Below are positions 12,342 through 24,987 of a stretch of 64,000 nt of DNA, one piece after another. Numbering within the stretch: position 1 is the first letter of the stretch; every line of letters starts with the position of its first letter. Source of the stretch: Eledone cirrhosa (taxonomy: Eukaryota); the NCBI GenBank assembly GCA_964016885.1, contig OZ024752.1, forward strand, positions 24,056,001 to 24,120,000. The letters are read 5' to 3'. The notes under the pieces were generated by a model, which saw nothing but the letters and a program-made list of their open reading frames with translations, searched no databases and was not told the DNA's origin. A program made the translations under genes and the position numbers.

Positions 12342-12555
12342 ACTGTTTTACTAAGAAATTATTCTCCTTTCATTTTATTTGTAAAAGTTGTAACCAAGAG
12401 TTTTGCTGACAAAACTGTATCGTTCAGAATTTACATATGTTATATATATATGTGAATGTATGTGTGTAGAAATTTGTGTCCATGTATATGTTTGTATATA
12501 AGTATGTGCATATCTGTGTTTGATTTATTTGTGTATGTATGTGTGTATATGTACG

Positions 12556-13180
12556 TCATCTTCATCAACACTGTTTTTATGTCCGTTTTTCCATGTTTTC
12601 ATGAGTTGGACAGGTCCTTCTCAACATGACATCTTTCAACTCATCATGTTCCTTTGTCATGTCCTCTGTGAGAGTCAGTTATTTGAAGTCAGTTCACACA
12701 GCCTCTGTCCATGTCTTTGTTGGTCTACCTCTACTATGGCTTCCTTCTATTGGGATTTCCTGGCACTTCATCACCCAGTGGTCATTATCCATGTGCATCC
12801 CATGTCCGTACAAACACAGTCTTCTCTTTTACACACCACTTCAGATCACTCTTAAACCCAGCTTCCTCTTGAACTTGTCCAAACTCTGCTTTTCTCTTAC
12901 ACTTACACAACATATCCTACAAAGCATGGTTGTTTCATTTTTCTCCTGTCTACATATCCTCTGCATCACACCCTTGTTTTATTACCATACATCATTGCAC
13001 ATCGCCCACCGGTGTCATACAGTTGACCTTTTGTACAGAGAGAGAAACCTTTTGTGGTCAACTGTTGCAGTAGCTCTCTAAAGCTTTTCCATCCTTATGC
13101 TAGTTATTCATCTTGCAGAGCAGCCTCCTCCACTGATAATTAAGTCACCTGGATTGCAAAAGCTATCAACCACTTCTATG
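12556..13180 (-). mobile_element. Decayed RTE LINE 3' part
   Basis: Reverse complement of the VVDSF..GGGC / WDAHG / KTW region with tail remnant. Confidence 0.75.
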
Positions 13181-13189
13181 TGTGTATAA

Positions 13190-14629
13190 TCTACTATCTA
13201 AATGGCAATTTCTGTCTGTCTGTGTATCTGTGTATAACCAGTTGGCGCCTACACCAGTGATCTGATCCTGATGAAACTTTACACACATGTTAAGCTAATA
13301 TTCAGAAACAAGACTGGCTAATTAGATTTCAATAAAAATCAATAATGGAACCCTGGGGACATCTTTTCAATGGAGGAGGATAGAGAAGAGGTTTCAGTGT
13401 GAGAGGGGGAAGAGGAGATACTACTACTGTATGTTAAACCCCCTCTCCCAATACTCCCCTTCCTCCTCACACAACCCAGTCCTCCAAAACGAGGCAACAA
13501 CTTACTAGAAATATACATAAAGAAATTTCAACCAAAGCAGACAACAATGTACGTTCTTGATTGTTCTCCATTCTGTAGAGAAAGAGAGAGAGGGGTTGAG
13601 AGAGTGTGGGGGATTGGGGAGAGGAGAAAATGATAGCGTTCGATAACTTTAACTTTTATTTATTTATTCTTTACATACTGTTTAACTCTCAACCTTACGT
13701 CTCTTTCTCTCTCTCTCTTTCACACAAGACATACTATGACTGTGTTTGTGTCTGGGGAAGTTAGAATGTCCACATACACACACACAAACATGCATCTATA
13801 TATATATACATATAAAACTGAGGATGTGTGTGTGTGTATGTCCGTACCTACATTACTTCTACAGTTTGCAACTGATTTTCTTCAAATTTGGAACAAACAT
13901 GGGTTATGTTCCCAGAAGTGTTGTGGACTCATAACATTTTCCATTTTTTGTCTAATGTGGCCCCTAGGTGGACGAAGGCTGTCTCTGGATCACCATGACA
14001 ATCACGTCACATGTGCAAAACTGAAATAATTGTTGGTTAACATTTTACTCATCTTAGTGTGTTACGTCCTCTTTCCTTAGAGAATGCCTCCAAGGAAGAG
14101 ATCCGCCATTGGTCGAAAAACGGTGAAAGCTGAGAGAGGGAAAAGAAGAAAAGCAAAGCAATCATCAGTGGAGGCTGCAATTAGATGATCGCAAGATGCT
14201 GAACGTAAAGCTACTGCAAGAGTGTTAGAAAACTATGAGCAGTGTTGTATTTAAGACATAGGTTAGTTATGTATTTCGGATGGTCATTGGCACTTTCATT
14301 TTTCCAGATATTGATTATAGGGCCCCCTTGGGCAGATAACCCCCTTTAACCACTTCCTTGGAGTCAACTGAAGCACTTCAGTGCAATGCAACAAAACGTC
14401 ATAACTTCTGGAGTTCGCAACCGATTTTCTCGAAACTTGACACATGGGCTATGTATGTTCTACAGATGAATTGGGACATATTGAGTAGGGGATTCCTGCG
14501 GGCAGGAACCCCTTTTGGAAAAAGACGATTGTGTACAAGTATAGCTTTTGAAGCAGCACTGAAGTATTGACATGAATGCTATACATGAGAGCTATTTAAT
14601 GCCCGAGCTACGCCAGGTATCTCTGCTAG
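13190..14629 (+). mobile_element. Non-autonomous Helitron with RepHel N-terminal remnant
   Basis: A|TCTACTATCT start; hairpin CCCGAGCTACGCCAGG and CTAG|T end; ~14083-14240 reads MPPRKRSAIGRKT...*SQDAERKATAR. Confidence 0.72.
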
Positions 14630-14865
14630 TTACATATATAATTAATCCTGGCAATTCCACCACTAAAGATTTACTTCCCTTTTTGACAATATGAAACTCC
14701 TGTTTGGGGTGAAAATTGTTGGAGGAAAGAACTTCCTTTTAATATATTTGTCGGCATGCCCAACGAAGGGTCTGTTTGGAAGTGCCTCCCCCGCAATAAA
14801 CAGTGGTGGCCATAAGTGTACTCGGAGACCAATGGTCACACATACATGTTATGTGTATGAAACAG

Positions 14866-14965
14866 GTTAACTTTGCTTTTCATCCTTACGGGGTCGATAA
14901 AATAAAGTACCAGTAATGTACTGGTTAATTGATGGCCTTGTGCCAAAAGTAGAAACAATTATTTA
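14866..14965 (+). mobile_element. SINE central/3' fragment
   Basis: CTTTTCATCCTTACGGGGTCGATAAAATAAAGTACCAG, same as minus copy at 35838-36010. Confidence 0.65.
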
Positions 14966-15099
14966 CTCTAAATAGACTATGGGTACACAAGAGATTTAGT
15001 GGGATACAATATAAGTTAGTTAAGAACGTAGGTTTTACATGGGGTCATTGCACTGGAGCAGTGAGATACAATCACTTTTAGGGGACAAGCTCTATCAAA

Positions 15100-15690
15100 T
15101 ATTTAAAGGGTTCTGTAAAAGCAGTTGACAGTTTCTATTACCTGGGTGACCAAATTAGCAGTGGAGATAGGTGTTCTGAAAGAACAGTAATCAGAGTAAG
15201 AACAAGATGGCAAAGGTTTAGGGTGCTACTACTGCTGCTAGCTACAAAAGGTTGTTTCATCAAATTGATGTGTGCATATGAGCAGCAATGCTGCGTTGTA
15301 GTGAGATCTGGGAAGTGTGTGCAGAGGACCTCCGAAGATTGGATAGAAATGAAGCTTGAATTCTCCGATGGATGTGTAATATTAATATACATGAAGGGGA
15401 AAGTGTAACTAAACTGAGAGAGAACCTGGGCATGTGAGGGATAAGATACAGTATGCAGGAGTGTAGATTGCTGTGGTATGGACATGTGATGTGTATGAAG
15501 GTAGAGATGCTGTATAAAAGGTTGACTGCTTGAAATTGATGGAAGAGGAGGTCCTAGAAATGCTTGGGATAAGGAGGTAAAAACTGACCTAACACCATTG
15601 TACCTCTCAAAGGTGATGACACAGGATCGAAATCTCTGACATTATACAGTACTGCAGGAGACCTGCATTCCCATGTGCATGGGATGAAGC
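15100..15690 (+). mobile_element. Highly decayed RTE LINE fragment
   Basis: VDSFYYLGDQISSG..RVRTRW..LLWYGHVM remnants. Confidence 0.7.
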
Positions 15691-16168
15691 AACATTTAGT
15701 GGTTTGAAGTATGTTCCAGTTTTCCTCCTCCCCACATCTTAACACTCCACCTCCTTACCAGCTAAGTACATCACCCTGACCTACCTCTCCAATCCCCACC
15801 CTACATACACACAACCCCACCCCCACGCACACACATATGTAAACCGGCGCGATACATATACCCGCACACGTACGAACGTATACACCAAATACATATAAAT
15901 ATATGTTTGTGTGTATGTATATACATATAATTATAAATACATATATAAATATACACGCATAAATGCGTGTAGAACGCAGACTCACACATACCTACAGGTA
16001 AATACACATATGTTCACCAAACGTACATATACCCAACCCTATGTACACATATACACACCATACATACGTGTAAACACACACACACTCATACATACCCATA
16101 TATAAACATATACATACATACATACACATCTATATATATATACACACACATAAATATATGTGCGTGTG

Positions 16169-16215
<47 letters not shown>

Positions 16216-16238
16216 AATATATGTGCGTGTGTGCCATA

Positions 16239-16271
<33 letters not shown>

Positions 16272-16541
16272 CCAGCGAACCTTCAACCGTCAAGGTTGTT
16301 TTTCCACGGTTATGTCAATATTTATCAAACAAATCTTGTATTTTATCTGATGAAAGCGCACCAAAACTGCCTTGGTTACCCTTGAAATATATATAATAAA
16401 ATAATTATGGTTTTATACATATAGTTTCCATTTATTTAATATATTGAATATTTACTCCATTTATCTGTGGAGTGCTTTATGCTTTATATCAGTTATAGAA
16501 CTTTTAAGCTTGTTGAATCCCAACAAATTAAATAAAACTTC

Positions 16542-16545
<4 letters not shown>
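16272..16545 (+). mobile_element. Family A ORF-less hammerhead element, single copy in (TA)n
   Basis: Homologous to 6541-6806 and 52248-52690; (TA)n on both sides. Confidence 0.85.
16339..16403 (+). ncRNA. Type I hammerhead ribozyme (family A)
   Basis: TATTTTAT-CTGATGA-stem II-GAAA-TATATA-TA-ATAAAATA; perfect 8-bp stem I. Confidence 0.82.
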
Positions 16546-16596
<51 letters not shown>

Positions 16597-16959
16597 CTGT
16601 ACCTTTCCGAAGGAATTACTTCATTTATACAGCTCCAACCGGGATTGATTGAAGCATATTCTATATTACATATATGATTGGCACCTTCCAGCCTGATAAG
16701 CTGAGCACTATACAGTTTCAGGAAATTAACCAACATACACCATGGATCTTATGTTGTTTATTACATAACTATATATATATATATATAGACATATGTATGT
16801 AAGCATGTTGAAAGCAATGCTAAGAAACAATGCTGGTATCAGCATTGTTGGACAAAATGGTGGTGTTGGTGGTGGTGGTAGTAGTGGAGGTGGTGGTGCA
16901 GGTAGTGGTGGTGGTGGTGGTGCAGGTAGTGGTGGTGGTGGTGCTAGGTAGAAAGACAA

Positions 16960-18784
16960 CCAGGTAATACTAGGTGTCATACCAAAAGATTGGTGCAGTA
17001 GCATCATTGTCACTGCTACAAAGGTAAAGGTGATGCACTAGATAGAGGAAACTATACAGGTATAAAGTTGATGGACCAGGTCATGAAAGTAACAGAAAGA
17101 GTTATAGCACAGTTGATTAGGGACCGGGTGAAAATAGACGAGATGCAATTTGGGTTTGTACCAGGAAGAGGCACCACTGATGCCCTCTTCCTTGTGAGGC
17201 AGTTACAGGTAAAGTACCTAGCTAAAAGTAAGCCACTCTACTTGGCATTTGTCGACCTTGAGAAAGCCTTTGACAGAGTTCCACGTGCTATAATCTGGTG
17301 GGCTCTTAGAAAACTAGGAGTAGATGAATGGCTTGTGAAAGCGGTACAAGCCATGTATAGGGGAGCAGTCAGCAAAGTTAGGATTAGCAATGAGTATAGC
17401 GAGGAATTTAGCGTACAGGCTGGGGTCCACCAGGGCTCTGTTCTTAGCCCCCTCCTGTTCATCATAGTCCTGCAGGCAATAACGGAGGAGTTTAAGACCG
17501 GATGCCCATGGGAACTCCTGTATGCTGATGACCTCGCACTTATAGCTGAATCTATGGTAGAACTAGAGAATAAATTCCAAACTTGGAAGCAGGGACTAGA
17601 AAGAAAGGGTCTCAAAGTCAACATGACAAAGACTAAGGTCCTTGTAAGTAGACGAGAAAACAGAACCCAGATCCCCTCAGGGAAATGGCCTTGCTCAGTA
17701 TGTAGGAAAGGTGTAGGTAGGAACTCCATTCTCTGCCCCAAATGCAAACAATTGGTGCACAAGAGATGTAGCAGGATCTCAGGAAGCTTAATTAAGAATG
17801 TAGGCTTCACATGCAGTAGCTGTGCTGGGACAGCAAGCAGCAAACAGCCACAGGAAACAAGTACCACCAATCTCTGGGAGGGCTCTGTAGAAACAGTAGA
17901 CAGCTTCTGCTACCTAGGTGACCGAATTAGCAGCGGAGGTGGGTGTTCAGAAAGTTCAATAACTAGGGTAAGAACGGGATGGAAGAAGTTTAGGGAACTA
18001 CTACCACTGCTAGCTGCAAAAGGCTTCTCCCTCAGAATGAAAGGCAGACTGTATGATGCGTGTATCCAAACAACGATGTTGCATGGTAGTGAGACCTGGG
18101 CGCTGAAGGTGGAAGACTTACGTAGATTAGAAAGAAACGAAGCCTGCATGCTGCGATGGATGTGTAACAGTAATATACGTGAACAACAAAGCATAAATGA
18201 ATTGAGAGAGAGACTGAGCATAAGAGGAATCAAATGCTGTGTGCAGGAGAGGCGGTTGCGCTGGTATGGACATGTGATGCGTATGAAGGATGACAGCTGC
18301 ATAAAAAGGTGCAGAACACTAGAAGTCGATGGAAGCCGCGGAGTGGAGAGACCCAAGATGACCTGGGATGAGGTGATAAAAGCCGACCTTACCCAATTAC
18401 ACCTCTTAAAGGCAATGACTCACGACCGTGACCTCTGGCGTCACGCAGTAATACAGAGTACCCGACCTCCCATGGGTACAAGCTGAAGCATATAGACAAT
18501 ATGCTCCCACACCCCCCACCGCAAGGTGGTCGTGGAGGTGCCACGGCAAAAAAGCACCCAGCCCACACTGTAAAGTGGACGTGTAGGCGTCACGAAAAAG
18601 CACCCAGCACACACTGTAAATGAGGTTGGTGTTAGGAAGGGCATCCAGCTGTAGAAATCAAGCCAAATCAGTTCCTGTATGAGCAAGGGATAGTCAGCCG
18701 ACTAAACACTGCCCACAACAGGACAACCCGTCTAACCCATGCTAGCGTGGAAGAACGGACGTAAAACGGTGATGATGATGATGA

Positions 18785-18788
<4 letters not shown>
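16960..18788 (+). mobile_element. 5'-truncated RTE LINE with 3' UTR and (GAT)n tail
   Basis: Colinear with the element at 1-2270. Confidence 0.92.
17068..18486 (+). CDS. RTE reverse transcriptase (partial, 472 aa) with inserted PHD finger
   Basis: DLEKAFD, QGSVLSP, YADD, CSVC..CPKC..HKRC..CSSC, YLG, LRWYGHV. Confidence 0.85.
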   Translation: MMDQVMKVTERVIAQLIRDRVKIDEMQFGFVPGRGTTDALFLVRQLQVKYLAKSKPLYLAFVDLEKAFDRVPRAIIWWALRKLGVDEWLVKAVQAMYRGAVSKVRISNEYSEEFSVQAGVHQGSVLSPLLFIIVLQAITEEFKTGCPWELLYADDLALIAESMVELENKFQTWKQGLERKGLKVNMTKTKVLVSRRENRTQIPSGKWPCSVCRKGVGRNSILCPKCKQLVHKRCSRISGSLIKNVGFTCSSCAGTASSKQPQETSTTNLWEGSVETVDSFCYLGDRISSGGGCSESSITRVRTGWKKFRELLPLLAAKGFSLRMKGRLYDACIQTTMLHGSETWALKVEDLRRLERNEACMLRWMCNSNIREQQSINELRERLSIRGIKCCVQERRLRWYGHVMRMKDDSCIKRCRTLEVDGSRGVERPKMTWDEVIKADLTQLHLLKAMTHDRDLWRHAVIQSTRPPMGTS

Positions 18789-18818
<30 letters not shown>

Positions 18819-18851
18819 GAAGATCAAAAGATGGTTAAAAGAGTTCCATGT

Positions 18852-18920
18852 ATTTTATTATGCGCATTTCAAAAACAAATATCATCATGAGATGACATTT
18901 GCGTTTTCGTCAGATAAAAT
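18852..18920 (-). ncRNA. Type I hammerhead ribozyme in 3' pLTR
   Basis: ATTTTAT-CTGACGA-AAACGCAAATGTCATC..GATGATATTTGTTTTT-GAAA-TGCGCA-TA-ATAAAAT. Confidence 0.88.
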
Positions 18921-20148
18921 TGGGAGACATGATATGAAGGTTAAAAAACACTTGTGAATAGTGCAGTTTTAAATCAACATATGAAAAGTAATTTAAGATT
19001 GATGTGTGATATTGGGAAAAAAATGAGGGAGGGGGGTGGAAAGGATGAAAAAGAGGAGGAGATGAGAGTAAAGAATGGTGGGGGAGGAGTATAATAAGGA
19101 AGGATGAGATTGGATGAGAGATGGGTGATAGAAAGATAGATAGCCTTTATAACTGAGAAAAATATATTGTTTCACAGAGAGAGGTTAAAAAGCCGCTGGA
19201 AGATAATATATAATTTAAAAGAATTTGAAAATTGATGAAGAGAAAAAAAATTAAGAATAATATTAAATTAAGGTTTGTATATTGACGGGTTTAATAATAT
19301 GTGTGATGAAAAGAAATTGTTAATATGTATTAAGAATAATATTAAATTAAGGTTTGAATATTGAAGGGTTTAATATGTGCGATGAAAAGAAATTGTTAAT
19401 ATGTATTATTAAAATAAAAATATTAATGTTATTAAGGATATGATGTGAAAAGAAGTAGAAGAGTGGATGAATTATGAATTTAGAGGAATTAGTTAGTGTT
19501 TAAGTTTCTTTTTATGTAATGTAATATGTATGCGTAATATATGTAAATAGTTTGTTTACAAATGAGCGCAGAAAGCAAAGAAGAAAATAGTGTTTAAGGA
19601 AGAGAAGACTCTAACATCAAAATATATATGTTTATGAAGTATTTCCTAATGGTAATAATATAATGTAATAAAGGAGATTAGTTAGGGTTTAAGTTTGTTT
19701 TTATGTATTGTGATATGTAATATGTAAAAGTTAGACGAGCATGAAAGGGAGAAAAATATAATGAACTGAGGAGGAATAATCTAACGTCAAAAAATGTTTA
19801 TGTTTACGAAGGATTTTTAAAGGTAATACTATAAAGTATTTAAAAGGTAATAATAAGTTTTATGGCCAATGATATGAAGGAAGAAGGAAGAGTGGATATA
19901 TTGTGGTGAGTAATAATAAGAATTCAGAAGTATCTAGGAAGAAAAAGTACAGATTAGAGGTTAGAAATTAAAAGAAAAGAGGAAGAAAGGGAAGTGATAA
20001 ATAGGAATGATATAGAATGAGTAACTAGTATTATATAATGTATAATAAATAACATTGAAATAAGGTAGAAAGATGGGTATATTTTTAAAGAAATATATAT
20101 ATATAAGCCTTTGAGAAAAAGGATTTTAAACTGGTAAAGTATTAGATA

Positions 20149-22512
20149 TTAGCTGTATACTTTATGGAATGTTCTGTGGAATTTATGCAAGCAGAGAGAA
20201 AATAAGTCAGTGCGTCTATTTATTATAGAATCTAAATTAGATATAATGGTAAATTTCTCACATAAACAAAGATTACATGTTCTGGATAGAGAGGCAGAAC
20301 AAACTTTCCTCCAAGAGATGTTATAGTTAATATTTTTGTCTTTCAAGGACCATATGAGTTCTGAGAGTGCTGTGTTGGTTCTTTTAAGTAGGTATTTAAA
20401 AGAAGAATTGTGATTATAAAGACGGGCTTTAAAGAGGTGGAAGTGGAGCCAAAATAGGTAAAGGAATTGGTGTCAGTTATAACTTTACATTCATAGATTA
20501 AGTTTTTTTCAAGACAATGGTTGTTGAGAGGACATTTATTTTTAACAGGGCAATTACAATTGCGATTAGAGAAATTAACAGAGTTATTAACAAGTGACCT
20601 AGTGTTATCTATAGGAGGAATTGGATTGGAGAAGTTATTTATGATAGGAATAATAGTTTCCTGATTTAGATTGGGATTAAGAACATTTGACGAAGTATTT
20701 GGGTTTGCAGAAACTAGCCTAGAGTTAACAATGACGTCGGGAGTACTACTGCTATTATTATGACATTCAGTGTTGGAAGGAAGTGATTTAGTATTTAATA
20801 TTTTATTGTTGTGTTTAGAGATAATGTTGGAGGAGGTGGAATAGGAAAATGTTATTGTTTGTTTGTTAAATATTTTACTATAGATATGTGAGAGAGGGAA
20901 GCATTTATTTAAGGCACTAAAGAATAATTTAGGAATATTATTATTAATAGAAATGGAGAAAGGAGCATTATACCAGATTATATTTTTGTATCTAGGTCTT
21001 TTATTAAAGTTATTGGAATGATCATAATTAATTATTTTACTGTAAGATCTTCTAGGATTGGTTTCTTTACTGTATTTGATTTTATCAGGATAACCGGCTT
21101 TAGAAAGCGCGTTATTATAGTAATTGGCGTTAGCATCAAAGATATTTTTATTAGATGATAGGTTTGATATTCTTTTTCCAATATTACTAACTATAACATT
21201 TTTAATGTTAGTTGGGTGGTTAGATTTAAAATTAACATAATTTAGATTCTCATTGTTTTTATGGTAAGGGTAATATAGGCTAGTGTCAAGATTAAGAGAT
21301 ATATCCAAGAAGTTATCTAGTTTAACGTTGTTATCAAATTCAATTTTTAAGTTATGTTGGTTAAAGAGATCACGTATATTGTTCTTAATAATATTAAGGT
21401 TAACTATGTTGCAATTTAAGATAGTAAAAAGTCCATCGTCCCGATAAATTCCACTGCGAAGTTGAGGAATTTTCCAATTCAAAGAGTTCAAAATAAAGAT
21501 ATCAATTAAATCTGTCAATTGGGATGAATCGGATGCACCCATTGTAATGTCAAAATTGTTGGAGGTATCAGCTCTAGTCCAGTATTCATTGTTGAATTCT
21601 AAGATGGTTTTACGTGCGGTGAGAATGATGTGAAGTTCATCTGTGGTGATGTCTGAATATTTATAAGCGAAAGATAGAGCATTGTTGAGAAGTGAGGGCG
21701 AAATAGAAGAATAGTAGCTGGCAATATCAAATTGAATAAATTTTTGTTTGTTTTTCTTATTCAAGTTGTTGAACCAGCCGATTACTTCACATGTACCAAA
21801 CCATAAATTTAAGTTAGAAGTAGAGCAATTAGAACGAACCTGTGGGATAATTCTATCCAAGATGGCTTTGCTAACAAACCCCAGATCTGATTTAGAGGGG
21901 GCGATTAGTCTAACAGGTAGTTCCGTACGAAAGTTGTTTTTGTGATCCTTGAGATTTATCCTCAGAGTTCTTGGGAGGAATGGTTCAGTCTTTTTTTCGA
22001 TGCCAAGTTTTGACATAATCTCAGAAGCTTCAAAGTTTATGGATTCTAAATTATCATGGCTGGTTTTGCGATATTTCTTCCTTAGTTCTTTAAGGATAAG
22101 GTTATTATAGTTATCCTTAGATATACCATATAAATTATTTGTTTTGTCGGAGTGGACTAAAACATTTTGAGGAATTAAGGTTTAAAATCGTATTCTTGAG
22201 ATTTACAAGGTGCTCTTGTCCTCTGTAAGGGTTTCTCTTGAATTTAAGATTTTTTATAATGTTAGTTAACTCTTCCTCAAATTGCACTAGATTTTTGTTG
22301 GAAGGAGGATTTCTTCTAGAGTTAAATAAATGATCAAGAAAGTTATGTTCCTTAGTATAGAAGTTCCCTTTTAGGCGCTGGTCATAGAAAAAAGCTATCC
22401 ATCTAAGCCTTCTCATAAAGGAGTCAGTTTTTTCAATCAGAAGTTTGGTGAATTCAGATTTACCAGGTATAGGAATGTTTTTAGTTGAAGTGGTTATGTT
22501 GTAATAATCCAT
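20149..22512 (-). pseudogene. PLE RT + GIY-YIG endonuclease ORF, frameshifted
   Basis: ORFs 22135-22512, 20343-22016, 20149-20346: KNIP..RRLRW, LKDHK, QFDI..YY.SI, YRDD, CNCPVKNKCPL, LIY..YFG. Confidence 0.88.
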
Positions 22513-22715
22513 GTTGTAGAAGAAAAGTGAAGGACCATCAAAAGGTATCCAATATGAGAGTTAGCGCTCAACCGTTAAGGAGCAAGTTAATGTAGGAGGT
22601 GAGTTTTATTGTAGTACAATAAAGCAATGCAGATATCGGATAAGTAGCACTCTACAGTTTGTAGGACTGGAGTATAAATAATATAAGATCAAAAGATGGT
22701 TAAAAGAGTTCCATG

Positions 22716-22786
22716 TATTTTATTATGCGCATTTCAAAAACAAATATCATCATGAGATGACATTTGCGTGTTCGTCAGATAAAATA
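22716..22786 (-). ncRNA. Type I hammerhead ribozyme in 5' pLTR
   Basis: Same fold as 18852-18920, palindromic stem III ATGCGCAT. Confidence 0.88.
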
Positions 22787-22997
22787 GGGAGACATGATAT
22801 GAAGGTTAAAAAACACTTGTGAATAGTGCAGTTTTAAATCAACATATGAAAAGTAATTTAAGATTGATGTGTGATATTGGAAAAAAAATGAGGGGATGGG
22901 GGGTGGGGTGGAAAGGATGAAAAAGAGGAGGAGATGAGAGTAAAGAATGGTGGGGGAGGAGTATAATAAGGAAGGATGAGATAGGAGGAGAGATATA

Positions 22998-23069
22998 TAG
23001 GGTGTCCCAAAAATGTATACACACCTCAACAGCATTCTCGTAAATGTGTATACATTTTGAGGTACACTG
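22998..23069. mobile_element. 72-bp Tc1/mariner-type MITE
   Basis: TA flanks; imperfect TIRs TAGGGTGTCCCAAAAATGTATACACA / TGTGTATACATTTTGAGGTACACTG. Confidence 0.65.
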
Positions 23070-23070
23070 T

Positions 23071-23154
<84 letters not shown>

Positions 23155-23455
23155 ATTTCTTTCTACCTACACCTAGTGTATATATATATATATATATATA
23201 CACACATTTACTTTTAAACACATCACCATCGTTTATCGTCCATTTTCTCTGCTAACAAGGGTTTGATATGTCGTGTGTGTGTGTCTGTGTGTATACCTAC
23301 ACACAGAGGCACACAACATATATACAGACACACACACACATGTGTATATATATATATATACATACATATACACACACATGTACATATCATCATCATCATC
23401 GTTTAACATCCGTTCTCTCTGCTAACAAGTGTTGGACATGTTTACATACATATAG

Positions 23456-23504
<49 letters not shown>

Positions 23505-23509
23505 AGATA

Positions 23510-23845
23510 AGTAGAAGGCGTATTCAATTTGTTGGAAGTCCGACAAATATAAATGTTTATAACTGATTTAGAGCACTCAACAGTTTAGTGGAGTAAATAT
23601 TCAATGATATTAAATAAATGGATACTATATTTATAAAACCATATTTATTTTACCAAGACACTATCCAGTGCAATTCCAACTGATAAGGTATGATTTTCCT
23701 GTGTATGTCCCTATTTATAAAACAAACTTTGTATTTTATCTGAAGAAAGAGTACCAATGGGTTTTGGTACCCTTGAAATATATATAATAAAATAAATATG
23801 GTTTTATAAATATAGTTTCCATTTATTTAATATCATGGAATATAT
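23510..23845. mobile_element. Family A inverted pair in (TA)n
   Basis: Minus arm ~23510-23652, plus arm ~23660-23845 with HHR at 23732-23794 (TATTTTAT-CTGAAGA..GAAA-TATATA-TA-ATAAAATA). Confidence 0.8.
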
Positions 23846-23846
23846 C

Positions 23847-23878
<32 letters not shown>

Positions 23879-24138
23879 AAAGTGGATGAATACTTCAACA
23901 GGTACTATGTACTTGTAGAACTATGCAAGTTGTTTATAATATTTCTCCTTATGTAGAGAAGAAAACGTTGAATAATGCTGCTAATTTTAGTGGCAATATC
24001 AACATGTTTATAATAAACAGCTATTATCAGCGACCTGATTTTGCGTGTGTGTCATTTTAACGGCTTGGCCGTATGCGTTGGGCAGGAAGCGAAATATTTA
24101 CTTATTGTAGGGCTTGCAACCTTATAATGTGGAAATAG

Positions 24139-24219
24139 GCTGTCTGAAGATTCATTTCTTTCCATTGGAAATTCTCTGGATTTCCAATCTTTTGGAATGA
24201 TGAAACCGTCGGTAACAGC
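24139..24219 (+). ncRNA. Type I hammerhead ribozyme in an orphan pLTR-like segment
   Basis: GCTGT-CTGAAGA-TTCATT..ATTGGAAAT/ATTTCCAAT..AATGAT-GAAA-CCGTCGG-TA-ACAGC. Confidence 0.85.
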
Positions 24220-24987
24220 AACAGAACAGGTGATTATTTAAATCGTTTTTTAATTTATTTAGAGAATTGTTTGATAACCGCTTGCTTCGCTACTTTTTAT
24301 ATTGTTCTGGTGTCTCGAATTAGTAGCGACACCCCAGCGAACTAACCATATTCACTGAACCAGAACAATTCTCCCATCCCTTTCTCTTGACCATTATCTT
24401 TCACTTATCATAAAATTCTCTAAAAAGGCTACAGAATGGATTTCCAAATAAGGGCACGAAAATTTAATGAAAACTTGTTCACGTGACAGCCATAATTTCA
24501 TTTATAACCAACCAAAAAAAAGCCTTCGTGAGCCCCTTTTTTCAAGTAAAAAGAAATTCAAACACTCATATATGAAAAAACAACCTGTGACAACCCCCCC
24601 CCCCCTCTTATTTGAAGAACTATTGTAATGCAAACTGGCGCGAAATTTATTATAATTATTGACAAACCAATCAAATTACTTCTCGAAAAACCTGGCATTT
24701 CGAGCCACTTTTTCCATATAAAACAAGTAAGATTCAGAGACCAACCAGATGTGAGAAAAACCACAGACCCTCCATCTCAACTCACCTTTTAAAAATTAGA
24801 AGAACTGCGAAACCGGTAAAGGAACCAAATAAATATATATATTTAAAAAAAAAATAAGACTCCAGTTGCATTTTCGATTTCATCTCTTTTTCTTTATACT
24901 TTTACTCGTGTAGGACACCTCGGTTATTTTTCATTTTGTAAAAAAAACCTCACTTTCTAATATATACCCACCACACGAAGACCGAAA

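Larger units (their letters stand above)
18820..22994 (-). mobile_element. Near full-length Penelope-like element (Naiad-type) with direct pLTRs
   Basis: Direct repeats ~18820-19122 and ~22685-22994, each with an HHR; 3' end in (TA)n. Confidence 0.9.

Noticed and set aside
16726-17013. Proline-rich ORF
   Set aside because: Reverse translation of a (GGT)n tract plus antisense LINE sequence
17238-18356. Long antisense ORFs over RTE RT (also 339-677, 759-1160)
   Set aside because: Shadow frames of the RT coding strand
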